Shown: piece after piece, positions 46,380 to 56,162 of the stretch
Numbering within the stretch: the first letter of the stretch is position 1
How the letters are laid out: the number at the start of each line of letters is the position of its first letter
From: Rhizomicrobium sp.
GTDB lineage: Bacteria; Pseudomonadota; Alphaproteobacteria; Micropepsales; Micropepsaceae
Length of the DNA: 64,000 bases
Direction: 5' to 3'
Assembly: GCA_035499335.1 (NCBI GenBank)
Contig: DATJZB010000047.1
Location: forward strand, 1,730 to 65,729
Program-made: the position numbers and the translations under genes
Notes under the pieces: generated by a model
Databases searched by the model: none
What the model saw: the letters and a program-made list of their open reading frames with translations, nothing else
What the model was told of the DNA's origin: nothing

Positions 46380-46476
46380 GGGGAATCCTCCGGAACGCCC
46401 AAGGGTAAAAGTCTAAGGGCTAACGAGATGTTAATGCCGCGCTTGCGGGATGCGCCGGCCGGCGGGAGACTGCGCC

Positions 46477-46713
46477 ATGCGCCGATTTGCCGGAACAGCC
46501 CTTGCGGGAGCGGTCCTTTTGCTGACGCCGGACGCCCGCGCGGATCCGTCCGCGCCGCCCGTCATCATGCCCAGGCCCGGCGGCTGCACCGTCGTACCGG
46601 CGGGCGGCCGGCCGGTCCACATCGCCAACGGCGCGTCCTACGTCCAGACGCTGCCCGGCGGAACGCGCAAGGTCTATGTCTGCCGGGACGGCAAACTCGT
46701 CCAGGGCCTGTAG
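46477..46713 (+). CDS. small secreted hypothetical protein
   Basis: Trimmed to MRRFAGTALAGAVLLLTPDARADPS (signal peptide). 78 aa. Confidence 0.5.
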   Translation: MRRFAGTALAGAVLLLTPDARADPSAPPVIMPRPGGCTVVPAGGRPVHIANGASYVQTLPGGTRKVYVCRDGKLVQGL

Positions 46714-46721
46714 GCGCGGCC

Positions 46722-46901
46722 ATGAGCCAGCCCGAGGATCCGCAGCATCGCCAGCGCATGAACGCGACCGTTCTCGTCGCCGTCCTCCTGTTCGTCGCGG
46801 TGACGGTCTTTCTGATGCTCAAGCTGCATCAAGGGCTTCATGCGCAGGATTGCGAAATGGCGGGGCACAAGGACTGCGTGCCGATCGACGGCGATCGCTG
46901 A
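46722..46901 (+). CDS. small single-TM hypothetical protein (59 aa)
   Basis: In-frame tail of track ORF 46008..46901: MSQPEDPQHRQRMNATVLVAVLLFVAVTVFLMLKL.... Confidence 0.45.
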   Translation: MSQPEDPQHRQRMNATVLVAVLLFVAVTVFLMLKLHQGLHAQDCEMAGHKDCVPIDGDR

Positions 46902-46994
46902 GCCGCGTTGCGCCGCAACAAGCGCAGCCAGGGCGGTGGCGTTTTGCCCGTCCATCGTCGATGATGGCTCCACAAAAAAATCGCGGGGCAGGTC

Positions 46995-48605
46995 ATGGCC
47001 GGTTCACAACAATCCTACGATGCCGTCATCGTCGGCGCGGGTTTCGCCGGCCTCTATATGCTGCACCGGCTGCGCAAGCTCGGACTGTCCGTGCGCGTCT
47101 TCGAACGGGGCGACGGCGTCGGCGGCACCTGGTACTGGAACCGCTATCCCGGTGCGCGTTGCGACATCGAGAGCATGCAGTATTCCTACCAGTTCTCCGA
47201 TGCGCTGGCGCAGGAGTGGAGCTGGAGCGAGCGCTACGCCGCGCAGCCCGAGATCCTGCGCTACGCCAATCACGTCGCCGACCGCTTCGAGCTGCGCAAG
47301 GATATCCAGTTCAACACACCGGTCGCGACGGCGCGCTTCGACGAGTCGACCAACCGCTGGGACGTCGTCACCGGAGACGGCTCGCACGCCTCGGCGCGCT
47401 TCCTGATCATGGCGACGGGCTGCCTGTCGACCGCGAACCTGCCGGACATCAAAGGCCGCGATTCCTTCGCCGGCGCCTCCTATCACACCGGCCGCTGGCC
47501 GCATGAGGGAGTCGATTTCACGGGCAAGACCGTCGGCGTGATCGGCACCGGCTCGTCGGCGGTGCAGTCCATTCCTCTCATCGCGAGGGACGCCAGGCAC
47601 CTCTACGTCTTCCAGCGCACGCCGACCTATTCGATCCCGGCGCACAATGCCCCGCTCGACCGCGAGATGGAGAAGCGCGTCAAGGCCGACTATCGCGGCC
47701 TTCGCGCCCGCGCCGCGCAGACCGTCTTCGACATCGACGGCGAGTTCAGCGAAACCCCCGCCTTCGCGGTGAGCGAGGACGAACGCCGCCGCGTCTACGA
47801 GAAGCGCTGGCAGGAAGGCGGGCTGACCTATCTCGGCGCCTTCGGCGATCTCGTCGTCGACACCAGGGCGAATGAGACCGCGCAGGATTTCATTCGCGGC
47901 AAGATCCGCGAGATCGTCCGCAATCCGGAAGTCGCCGAGGCCCTGATGCCCGACCATGCCGTCGGCACCAAGAGGCTGTGCATCGACACCGGCTATTACG
48001 AGACCTTCAACCGGCCGAACGTCACGCTCGTCAATCTGCGCAAGACGCCGATTGCGGAGATCGTGCCGGCGGGCATCCGCACCAGCGACCGGCTCTACGA
48101 ACTCGACGCGATCGTCTTCGCCACGGGCTTCGATGCGATGACGGGCGCGCTCAACCGGATCGACATCAGGGGTGCGAAAGGCGCCGCGCTCAAGGACGCC
48201 TGGGCGGCAGGGCCCAGGACCTATCTCGGAATCGCCACCGCGGGATTTCCCAACCTGTTCATGATCGCCGCGGGCCCGGGCAGTCCGGCGGTGCTGTCCA
48301 ACATGATCCCCTCGATCGAACAGCATGTGAACTTCATCGCCGACATGATCGTGCACGTCGTCGAGCGGCAATATGCGCGCATCGAAGCGACGCCGGGCGC
48401 GCAGGACGCCTGGGTCGCGCACGTCAACGAGGTGGCGGCGCCGACGCTGTTTCCGGCGACCAACTCCTGGTACGTCGGCGCCAACATTCCCGGCAAGCCG
48501 CGCATCTTCATGCCCTATATCGGCGGCTATCCCGCCTATGTGCAGAAGTGCAACGAGGTGGCGGCGAACAATTACGAGGGCTTCGCGATGAGCGCGCCGG
48601 CCTAG
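46995..48605 (+). CDS. Baeyer-Villiger (flavin-containing) monooxygenase
   Basis: FAD GxGxxG (VIVGAGFAGLY), BVMO fingerprint FAGASYHTGRWP, and NADPH motif GVIGTGSSAVQ. Confidence 0.92.
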   Translation: MAGSQQSYDAVIVGAGFAGLYMLHRLRKLGLSVRVFERGDGVGGTWYWNRYPGARCDIESMQYSYQFSDALAQEWSWSERYAAQPEILRYANHVADRFELRKDIQFNTPVATARFDESTNRWDVVTGDGSHASARFLIMATGCLSTANLPDIKGRDSFAGASYHTGRWPHEGVDFTGKTVGVIGTGSSAVQSIPLIARDARHLYVFQRTPTYSIPAHNAPLDREMEKRVKADYRGLRARAAQTVFDIDGEFSETPAFAVSEDERRRVYEKRWQEGGLTYLGAFGDLVVDTRANETAQDFIRGKIREIVRNPEVAEALMPDHAVGTKRLCIDTGYYETFNRPNVTLVNLRKTPIAEIVPAGIRTSDRLYELDAIVFATGFDAMTGALNRIDIRGAKGAALKDAWAAGPRTYLGIATAGFPNLFMIAAGPGSPAVLSNMIPSIEQHVNFIADMIVHVVERQYARIEATPGAQDAWVAHVNEVAAPTLFPATNSWYVGANIPGKPRIFMPYIGGYPAYVQKCNEVAANNYEGFAMSAPA

Positions 48606-48613
48606 CGCGGCGC

Positions 48614-49675
48614 TCAGAGGAAGAACTTCACCGAGACCAGCACGAGCGCGGCGAGCCACAGCGTCTCGCCGATCATCAGCGCAACCGGCCGCCAGCCGAC
48701 GACGAACAGCTCCTTGAACGACGTCTTCATTCCCAGTCCGGCGATGGCGGTGGCGAGGCACCAGCGCGACACGTCCGAGGCGAAATCGGTCGCGAGCCTG
48801 GGGATCGCGCCGAGCGAATTCAGCGCCACTAGAGCGACGAAGCCCAGCAGGAACAGCGGCATCGTCTTCGCCAGGTTGCGCGATGCGCCTTCCGTGCGGT
48901 GGGTGACGAAAACGGAAATCGACACGACAACGGGCAACAGCATGGCCACGCGCAGCAGCTTGACGATCGTCGCCGTGTCGCCCGTCCTGGCCGAGATCAT
49001 GTAGCCCGCGCCGACCACCTGGGCGACGTCGTGGATGGTTCCGCCGAGGAAGACGCCCGCATGGATATGGTCCAGCGCCAGCGCCGAGGTCAGCACCGGA
49101 TAAAGGATCATCGCGATTGTCGAGAGCGCGGTGACGAGAACGACGGTCAGGATGGTGTCGCGCTCGCTCCGGTCGTTGCGCGGCAGGACCGAGGCGATGG
49201 CCAGCGCCGCGGAGGCGCCGCAGATCGCCACCGAGCCGCCGGACAAGACTCCGAAGGTGCGCGACAGCCCCATGCGTCGCGCCAGCAGCGTGCCGAACGC
49301 GATCGTCGTCGACACGCCGGCGATCACGGTGAGGACCGGCACGAAGCCGAGGCTGACCATCTGCGACGCGGTGATGCGCGCACCCAGCAGCGCGACGCCG
49401 ACGCGCAGCACCGTGCGCGAGGCGAAATCGATCCCTCGCACACAGCGGCCTTCTTCGTGCAGGAAGTGGAATGCCATGCCGAACAGCAGGGCGAACAGCA
49501 TCACCGGCGCGCCATAGTGCAGCGACAGCCACGATGAGGCGAGGGCGATGGTCAGCGAGACGAGCAGGCCCGGATAGATCGCCTGCAACTGCGCGTGCGA
49601 GAACAGCGCGAGCGGACCGCCGCGCGGCCCTTCCTCGGCGTCGCGCACACCTTCCATGCTGTCGAGTGAGTTCAT
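48614..49675 (-). CDS. YeiH/UPF0324 family membrane protein (putative sulfate exporter family)
   Basis: 353-aa polytopic protein. The overall pattern resembles the YeiH family. Confidence 0.8.
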   Translation of the reverse strand: MNSLDSMEGVRDAEEGPRGGPLALFSHAQLQAIYPGLLVSLTIALASSWLSLHYGAPVMLFALLFGMAFHFLHEEGRCVRGIDFASRTVLRVGVALLGARITASQMVSLGFVPVLTVIAGVSTTIAFGTLLARRMGLSRTFGVLSGGSVAICGASAALAIASVLPRNDRSERDTILTVVLVTALSTIAMILYPVLTSALALDHIHAGVFLGGTIHDVAQVVGAGYMISARTGDTATIVKLLRVAMLLPVVVSISVFVTHRTEGASRNLAKTMPLFLLGFVALVALNSLGAIPRLATDFASDVSRWCLATAIAGLGMKTSFKELFVVGWRPVALMIGETLWLAALVLVSVKFFL

Positions 49676-49848
49676 CTGCGATCGCCCTGTAGAGGCGTGG
49701 AAAATGGCGGCGGCCGCGGGGAAGGTTTGCCGCCGGAATCGAAATGTCCGGCGACTATCGGCAGGACATGCCGGTCCGTCAATTGCGGCCCAGCGCGCGA
49801 TATCGTCCCGCGGCGCGAGGCGCTAGGCTTCGGCCCGGGAGAAACGTC

Positions 49849-50253
49849 ATGGCCTATGCGATCAAGGTGGCGCTCGAGAATCCGCGCGCCAGGACCTTCG
49901 TCTTCGCGGCGCAGAAGACCATGTATGGCGGCAAGCGGATCGCCGTCGGCGACACGATCTTCATCTTCGACAGCGAGAACGAAGGCGGACTGGTCGCGCG
50001 CGGGATCGTCACGCAGGCGCGGGCGGTGGCGAAAAAACGCGGCCTCGCCCGGCAGACGCCGCGCGTCAGCATCGCCGTCGCGCGCCGGGCGCTGGCGCGG
50101 CGCAGCCTCGGACGCGCCGCGCTCAAGGGCTTCCGCGACTGGGACGATGCGAGGCCCGAGACGGAGCTGAACTTCAAGTTCTACCGCCAGGCGACGAACA
50201 AGATCGTCGGCATCTCCGACGGGGCAGCGGCATTTCTCGCCACGTTCTTCTGA
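49849..50253 (+). CDS. hypothetical protein (134 aa), family not recognised
   Basis: Track ORF 49744..50253 trimmed to MAYAIKVALENPRARTFVFAAQKTMYGGKRIAVGDTIFIFD. High GC3. Confidence 0.65.
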   Translation: MAYAIKVALENPRARTFVFAAQKTMYGGKRIAVGDTIFIFDSENEGGLVARGIVTQARAVAKKRGLARQTPRVSIAVARRALARRSLGRAALKGFRDWDDARPETELNFKFYRQATNKIVGISDGAAAFLATFF

Positions 50254-50373
50254 GGCGGGTGCCGAACGGGGTCGTTCCGGACGAGCGGCGCTTGGCCCAC
50301 TGGCGGCGCGGCGCGCGACATGAAAATGTCGCGGCCGGCGGGCAGCCTTCGCGCGGCGCCTGAAACGAGAGGC

Positions 50374-51171
50374 ATGATGGAAACGCAGACCGGGCGCGCG
50401 GCGCTCAAGGGCCCGCTCGAGGGGATCGAGAATTTCCGCGACTTCGGCGGCTACGAAGGCGCCGGCGGGCGGCTGAAGACGGCGAACTTTTTCCGCTCCG
50501 GCCACCATGGCCGCGCCACGCCAGCCGACCTGGAGGCGCTCGGCGCGCACGGCATATCGCTCATCGTCGACCTGCGCCGCCCGGAGGAGCGGGAGCGCGA
50601 ACCGAGCAAGCGCTGGAGCGGCTTCTCGGCCGAGGTGATCAGCAACGACTTGGCGAACGAATCGACGGAAACCTGGCTCAGCTTCGTCGCGCGTGCCCAA
50701 CCGAGCCAAAGCGACATGCACGCCTATATGCTCGACTATTACCGCGCCGCGCCGTACGAACCGCGGCATGTCGACCTGTTTTCCCGCTATTTCGACGCGC
50801 TGTCGCGGATCGAGGGGCCGGTCCTCGTCCATTGCTCGGCGGGAAAGGACCGTACCGGGGTCCTTGTCGCGCTGACCCAAACGCTCGCCGGCGCCAAAGA
50901 AGACGACATCGTCGAGGAGTTTCTTCTCACCAACGTCAACTCGCGGCTGGAAGAGCGCATGCCGATGGTCGCCGAATATCTGGCGCCGCTGATCGGCCGC
51001 ACGCCCGATGCCTGGATGCTGCGGACGGCGCTGTCGGTCGAGCCGGAATATCTCCAGGCGGCGTTTGAGTCGATCCGCGCGCGCAGCGGCTCGCTCGGAA
51101 ATTATCTGTCCGGCGTCATGAAGATCGACGATGCCAAGCGCCGTGCGATCGAGTCGCGCCTGATGGATTGA
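50374..51171 (+). CDS. protein tyrosine/serine phosphatase (Y_phosphatase3-like)
   Basis: CX5R active site HCSAGKDRTG and N-terminal NFRDFGGY. Confidence 0.85.
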   Translation: MMETQTGRAALKGPLEGIENFRDFGGYEGAGGRLKTANFFRSGHHGRATPADLEALGAHGISLIVDLRRPEEREREPSKRWSGFSAEVISNDLANESTETWLSFVARAQPSQSDMHAYMLDYYRAAPYEPRHVDLFSRYFDALSRIEGPVLVHCSAGKDRTGVLVALTQTLAGAKEDDIVEEFLLTNVNSRLEERMPMVAEYLAPLIGRTPDAWMLRTALSVEPEYLQAAFESIRARSGSLGNYLSGVMKIDDAKRRAIESRLMD

Positions 51172-51435
51172 GTCCGCAGCCGGTTTGCAGACACCGGTCA
51201 CGAAAGCGGAAGTTGCAGGAAAAGCGTCGTGTCGATCAGAATCGCGCGATCTCGCTCCGCGTGAAAATTTTCTGACCAAGAAATCACAAAAGGTTCACAG
51301 CCTCACAAAGTTCGCGCGTCTCCAGCGATGTACTCTCGCCGTGCTCAAAAAGAGTTTTCTCTTTCTGGGACCAATCGCGGTCGCGTTCGCGCGTGCCCCC
51401 GGCGCGACGCCGCTGCCAAGCATATGGAGATGGTG

Positions 51436-51897
51436 ATGAGCCCTACGACACCGAATCGAGCAGGAAACGGCGCCGATGCCGAGCGCAGCGCCCCTTACAG
51501 CTTTCTCAACCACAGCGACGCGTACTGGGCTTCGGTGCGCTCCCTGTCGAATGCGCTCCTGCACAGCCACCACAATGCGGCGGCGCTGATGGAAGTGCAC
51601 CGCAAGCTGTCGGACGAATTGCTGGAGATCGCCCGGCGCCAGCAGAATGTGGCGCTCGAATTCTCCGAAAAGCTGCTGCAGCAGATGGCGGCGGCGACGC
51701 CCGCCGCGCGGCGCACCGAAACGCTTCGCCCGGAAACGTTCGACGAATATTTCGACTCGGCGATCCAGGGCATCCGCGAATTCGGCCAGGCGATTGCCGA
51801 TGCGCAGGTCCATTCGCTCGAAGCGATCCGCGAACATACGCTGGCGCTGGGCGAAAAGGCCGAAGGCGAAATCGAACACGCCGAAGCCGCGGAATAG
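51436..51897 (+). CDS. phasin-like helical protein (tentative)
   Basis: Helical, Ala/Glu-rich. The ATG at 51436 has GGAG 6 nt upstream; ATG 51424 is also possible. The family call is weak. Confidence 0.5.
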   Translation: MSPTTPNRAGNGADAERSAPYSFLNHSDAYWASVRSLSNALLHSHHNAAALMEVHRKLSDELLEIARRQQNVALEFSEKLLQQMAAATPAARRTETLRPETFDEYFDSAIQGIREFGQAIADAQVHSLEAIREHTLALGEKAEGEIEHAEAAE

Positions 51898-51945
51898 GCA
51901 TCGGACGGCGGCCGCGTTCCGGAAGGCGCGCGCCGCCGCCCGCCG

Positions 51946-52608
51946 TCAGCGCGCAGCAGGCGCGCCGATCTTCGCCATCGCCTCGTAGGTGCCGCTCATC
52001 GGGCTGCGCCGAAAGCTCGGGCGCGCGCGCATCCGTGCGAGCCAGTCCGCCGCGGCCGGCGCCTTCTGCAGCAGCGCCTTGGCGTCGGCGGTGATCGCGA
52101 AGAAGAGAAGCTGCGGGAACAGGAAACTGTCCGCGATCGTCGGCGTGCTGCCGACCAGAAAGCCGGACCGCGCGACCGCTTCGTCGATCAGCCTGACCTG
52201 GAGCGCCAGCGGCTCGGCCGCCGAGTCGATGAACGCCTGGTCCGCTTCGAATCCCCAGGCCTGCTTGACCAGCCGCTCCTTCATGAACCGGTTCATCACC
52301 GGAAAGACATACGAATTGACGATGCCGACCCAGCGCAGGACTTCGGCCTGCTCGCGCGCGCCGGCGGGCTGTAGCGGCGGACCCTCGAATGCCCGGTCGA
52401 TATAGTGCGCGATCGCCGCCGTCTCGTACAAAAAGAAATCGCCATGCTGCATCACCGGCATCTTGCCGAAGGGATGGAGCGCAAAATGCTCGGGCGAGCG
52501 ATATTCGAGCGCGCGGAATTCGTAGGCGACGCCCTTCTCGTCCGCCACATGCATGGCGGTCCACAGATAGGCGCTGTCGGCCATCGAATGGAACGTGATC
52601 TGACTCAT
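51946..52608 (-). CDS. glutathione S-transferase
   Basis: HPFGKMPVMQHGDFFLYETAAIAHYI GST N-domain, followed by a C-domain. Confidence 0.85.
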   Translation of the reverse strand: MSQITFHSMADSAYLWTAMHVADEKGVAYEFRALEYRSPEHFALHPFGKMPVMQHGDFFLYETAAIAHYIDRAFEGPPLQPAGAREQAEVLRWVGIVNSYVFPVMNRFMKERLVKQAWGFEADQAFIDSAAEPLALQVRLIDEAVARSGFLVGSTPTIADSFLFPQLLFFAITADAKALLQKAPAAADWLARMRARPSFRRSPMSGTYEAMAKIGAPAAR

Positions 52609-52669
52609 GGGACACCTCGCTGCCGCGAGGCTAGGCGGAACCGCGCCGCCGGACTTTGAACTGGATCAA

Positions 52670-53488
52670 TCAGCCCGGGCGCACGGCGTCCGACGCGAAA
52701 CGCTCGAGCAGCGGATTGAAGAGGCCGGGCGCTTCCCAGAACGGCGCGTGGCCGACGCCCGCCAGGACGTGGACCTTGCCGTCCCACAGATTGGCGTAGT
52801 GGAGCGTGTCGAAATAGGCGGCATTGACGAACGGATCCTCGCCGCCATTGACGATGGCCAGCGGCACTTTCGAGGTCTCGACGAGCTTGCGCTGGTCGCC
52901 GGCCTTTCCGGAGAGCGCGTTGGCGAAGAAGATCTCGCGCGCGATGCCGTCGGTGCGGCGCGCCGCGGCGAGCATGAACGGCGCCTGGGGACGGGCGGTG
53001 ACGCGGGCATAGGTCTCGGCGTCTGCGTCGGACCAGCGGCCGGTGCTCGACAGCGCCATATGTGTGCTCGGCTGGAACCCGAGCGCCACGCCTTCGAGGC
53101 TTCCGGGAACGGGCGGCGTGCCGCTGATCATCACCCCGAGGAGGTTTGGAAAGCGCGGGATCATGTCGAGCGCGACATGCCCGCCGAGCGACCAGCCGAA
53201 CAGCACTGCGCGCTCGACGCCGAGCTGCGTCAGCACTTCGAGCGCGGTCGCACCGTATCCCGCCATCGTATAGGCGGCTTCCGGATCCTTCGCGTTTTCG
53301 GAGTCGCCGTGACCCGGCAGATCGAGCGCGATCAGCCGGAGCCGACGCGCGAGCGGACTGTCGAACTGGTGCGCGAAGATTTCCTTCGCGGAGGAATTGC
53401 CGTGAATGAAGAGGATCGCCGGACCGTCGCCGCCGCTGTCGCGCACCGCGATCCTGGCGAAGCGGGTCGAGAGGCTGTGAACGGTCAT
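52670..53488 (-). CDS. alpha/beta hydrolase
   Basis: Trimmed to MTVHSLSTRFARIAVRDSGGDGPAILFIHGNSS. Nucleophile elbow GWSLGGH and C-terminal GHAPFWE. Confidence 0.88.
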   Translation of the reverse strand: MTVHSLSTRFARIAVRDSGGDGPAILFIHGNSSAKEIFAHQFDSPLARRLRLIALDLPGHGDSENAKDPEAAYTMAGYGATALEVLTQLGVERAVLFGWSLGGHVALDMIPRFPNLLGVMISGTPPVPGSLEGVALGFQPSTHMALSSTGRWSDADAETYARVTARPQAPFMLAAARRTDGIAREIFFANALSGKAGDQRKLVETSKVPLAIVNGGEDPFVNAAYFDTLHYANLWDGKVHVLAGVGHAPFWEAPGLFNPLLERFASDAVRPG

Positions 53489-53653
53489 GGCGGGCGCAGG
53501 GATCCTTTCGCCGCGAACGACGCTAGCGGGAGCGGCAAGGGCGAACAAGCGCGCGAAAGCGCCTGCCTCCGCGTCACCATGGACTCGCCGCTCCCGGATC
53601 GTGCAAAAGCTAGGGCGACAACAGGCCGTGGAGTGCCCTTGACCGACATTATA

Positions 53654-54964
53654 ATGCCGGAGCCGGTGACGATCCGGCGCCGCCATGTGACGGCGGCCGT
53701 CATCGGCAATGCGCTCGAGTTTTACGACTTCACGACTTACGCCTTCTTTTCGGTGGCGATCGGGCAGGCATTCTTCCCGTCCGGACCGGGCGGGCTGACG
53801 ACGACCGAATTCGGCAGCCTGATGGCCTCGCTCGGAACCTTCGGCGCGGGCTTCATCCTGCGTCCCGTCGGCGGGCTCGTGATCGGCAGCTATGCCGACC
53901 GCGTCGGCCGCCGGCCCGCCATGCTGATGAGCTTCACGCTGATGGGCCTCGCCATCCTCGCCCTGGCGCTGATCCCGACCTATCGCGACATCGGCATCGC
54001 CGCGCCCATCCTCGCGGTCCTCGCGCGCATGCTGCAGGGTTTCGCGCTCGGCGGCGAGGTGGGTCCGACCACCGCCTATCTGGTCGAAGCGGCGCCCGAG
54101 CGCCAGCGCGGTCTCTACGCCTCCTGGCAGAGCGCGAGCCAGAGCATCGCCAGCATGGTCGGCGGCGGCGTCGGCGTCGTGCTCGCGATGGGCCTGAGCG
54201 CGGCGAACCTCGACGAATATGGCTGGCGCATCGCCTTCCTCCTCGGCGCGCTGACGCTACCCTTCGGACTCTATATCCGCCGTTCGCTGCCCGAGACGCT
54301 GCACGCGCCGGACCACCTGCCGCAGAACGATGCGGCGCGGCGCGGTTTCTTCGGCGTCATCGCCGATCACGCCCGCGCCATCCTGATCGGGCTGATGATC
54401 CTGATGGGCGGAACGGTGTCGACCTACGTCCTCAACTACATGACGACCTTCGCGCGGACCACGCTGCACATGGGCGCCTCGCCGTCCTTCGCCGCCACGC
54501 TGGTCAACGGCCTGTTCGGACTGATCGCCTCGCTGGCAGGCGGCTGGCTGTCCGACATCTTCGGGCGCCGGCGGCTGATGCTGATCCCGCGCTTTTCCGC
54601 GCTGGTCGGCGTCTATCCGATCTTCCTGCTCATCGTCTATCAGCGCTCGACGATCGCGCTGCTCGTCGGCACCGCACTCTTGTCCGTCCTGCTCAACATC
54701 AGCTCCGGCGCGTTCTACGTCGCCTTCGCCGAGACGCTGCCCAAGAAGGTGCGCGGCGTGATCTTCGCGACGGTCTATGCGACGTCGATCGCCGTGTTCG
54801 GCGGCACCACCCAGCCGCTCATCGCCTGGCTGATCCACGTCACCGGCAATCCGCTGGCGCCGTCCTGGTACCTGCTGTTCGCCACGCTGCTCAGCGTCAT
54901 CGCCATGCTGATGATGATCGAGTCCGCGCCCGTCCATCTTTCCAAAGCGAACAAGGATTCATGA
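53654..54964 (+). CDS. MFS transporter, MHS family (paralogue of 38165..39487)
   Basis: In-frame part of track ORF 52607..54964, starting MPEPVTIRRRH. GNALEFYDF, ADRVGRR and LQGFALGGEVGPTTAYLVEAAP. Confidence 0.88.
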   Translation: MPEPVTIRRRHVTAAVIGNALEFYDFTTYAFFSVAIGQAFFPSGPGGLTTTEFGSLMASLGTFGAGFILRPVGGLVIGSYADRVGRRPAMLMSFTLMGLAILALALIPTYRDIGIAAPILAVLARMLQGFALGGEVGPTTAYLVEAAPERQRGLYASWQSASQSIASMVGGGVGVVLAMGLSAANLDEYGWRIAFLLGALTLPFGLYIRRSLPETLHAPDHLPQNDAARRGFFGVIADHARAILIGLMILMGGTVSTYVLNYMTTFARTTLHMGASPSFAATLVNGLFGLIASLAGGWLSDIFGRRRLMLIPRFSALVGVYPIFLLIVYQRSTIALLVGTALLSVLLNISSGAFYVAFAETLPKKVRGVIFATVYATSIAVFGGTTQPLIAWLIHVTGNPLAPSWYLLFATLLSVIAMLMMIESAPVHLSKANKDS

Positions 54965-55380
54965 AACAGGAATTTCTGGAACACGAAGCCAAGCCGCACG
55001 CGCTTTCCGCCACGCTCGGGCTCGAGAAGGTCGTCGACCATGGCGAGAGCGGCCGCGCCGTCATCCATTACCGCGCCGGCATGCATATGTGCCATTCGGG
55101 CGGCATCGTGCAGGGCGGCTTCGTCACCGGCTGGATCGACGCGGCCATGGCGCATGTGGTGATGGCGCAGAGCGGTTACGAAGTCTCGCCGCTGACTCTG
55201 GAGATCAAGGTCAGCTTCCTCAAGGCGGCCGCGCCCGGTCTCATCGTCGCCGAAGCCTGGATCGAGCGGCGCGGCAAGACGACCGCGTTTCTCGAGGGCC
55301 TCATCCGCAACGAGGCCGGCGAAGTGCTGGCCAAGGGCAGCTCGACCGTGCGCCTCGTGCCGATGCGCAGGCCGGGCTAG
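54961..55380 (+). CDS. PaaI-family hotdog thioesterase
   Basis: HSGGIVQGGFVTGWIDAAMA motif. The ATG overlaps the transporter stop (ATGA). Confidence 0.85.
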   Translation: MKQEFLEHEAKPHALSATLGLEKVVDHGESGRAVIHYRAGMHMCHSGGIVQGGFVTGWIDAAMAHVVMAQSGYEVSPLTLEIKVSFLKAAAPGLIVAEAWIERRGKTTAFLEGLIRNEAGEVLAKGSSTVRLVPMRRPG

Positions 55381-56162
55381 GTCTGCTTCTTCACCGCGCT
55401 GTCGTGCCAGCGGTGGAGCAGGAGCCATTCGAGCGCGGTGAGCGCGAAGAAGATCGCGATGCCGAGCGCCGAAAGCAGCGCGAGCGCGGCGAACACCTTC
55501 GCCGTTTCGAGATTGCGCCCGGCCAGCGTGATGATCCAGCCGAGGCCGGTATCGTTGCCCGATCCGGCGACGAGTTCGGCCGTCACCGCGCCGATCAGCG
55601 CCAGCCCGCCCGAGACTTTCATGCCCGAGAGCAGATAGGGCAGCGCGCCGGGCAATTGCAGGCGCCAGAAGATCTGCCAGCGCGAGGCGCCGTAGAGCTT
55701 GAACAGGTCGACGAGATTGTGATCGGCCGAGCGCAGTCCCACTACCATGTTGGAGAGGATCGAGAAGAAGGAGATGATCCAGGCCAGCACGACGAGGACG
55801 ACCGTGATGTCGTCATAGCCGATCCAGATCAGCAGCAGCGGCGCGATGGCGACGACCGGCGTGACCTGCAGCACGATGGCGAAGGGATAGAAGGCGAACT
55901 CGATCAGCCGGCTCTGGCTGAACAGGATCGCGACGAAGACGCCGCCCACCACCGCGAAGAAGAAGGCCATGCTGGTGACGCGCACCGTCGTCCACAAGGC
56001 GCTCATCAGCAGGTCGAAATTGGCGAGGAACGCCGCCCAGATGTCGGACGGCGCGGCGAGCACCAGCGGCGATATCCCGCTCGCGCGCACGCGCCATTCC
56101 CATAGCAGAAGCGCGGCGATTCCGACCGCGGCGGGAACGGCATATTTGAGCAGCTCCTTCAT
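55377..56162 (-). CDS. ABC transporter permease (NitT/TauT nitrate/sulfonate/bicarbonate family)
   Basis: Six TM segments. BPD_transp_1-like region [27 protein letters not shown]. Confidence 0.9.
   Translation of the reverse strand: MKELLKYAVPAAVGIAALLLWEWRVRASGISPLVLAAPSDIWAAFLANFDLLMSALWTTVRVTSMAFFFAVVGGVFVAILFSQSRLIEFAFYPFAIVLQVTPVVAIAPLLLIWIGYDDITVVLVVLAWIISFFSILSNMVVGLRSADHNLVDLFKLYGASRWQIFWRLQLPGALPYLLSGMKVSGGLALIGAVTAELVAGSGNDTGLGWIITLAGRNLETAKVFAALALLSALGIAIFFALTALEWLLLHRWHDSAVKKQT

Noticed and set aside
47004-49532. An 842-aa minus-strand ORF
   Set aside because: It is antisense to the BVMO gene and out of frame with the YeiH-like gene. The sequence is Arg/Ala/Gly-rich with no motifs. 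The same reasoning applies to 39698..41809 (+, antisense to cysI), 16685..18178 (-), 10272..11879 (+), 8321..9673 (-), 31630..33162 (-) and 34893..36743 (+).
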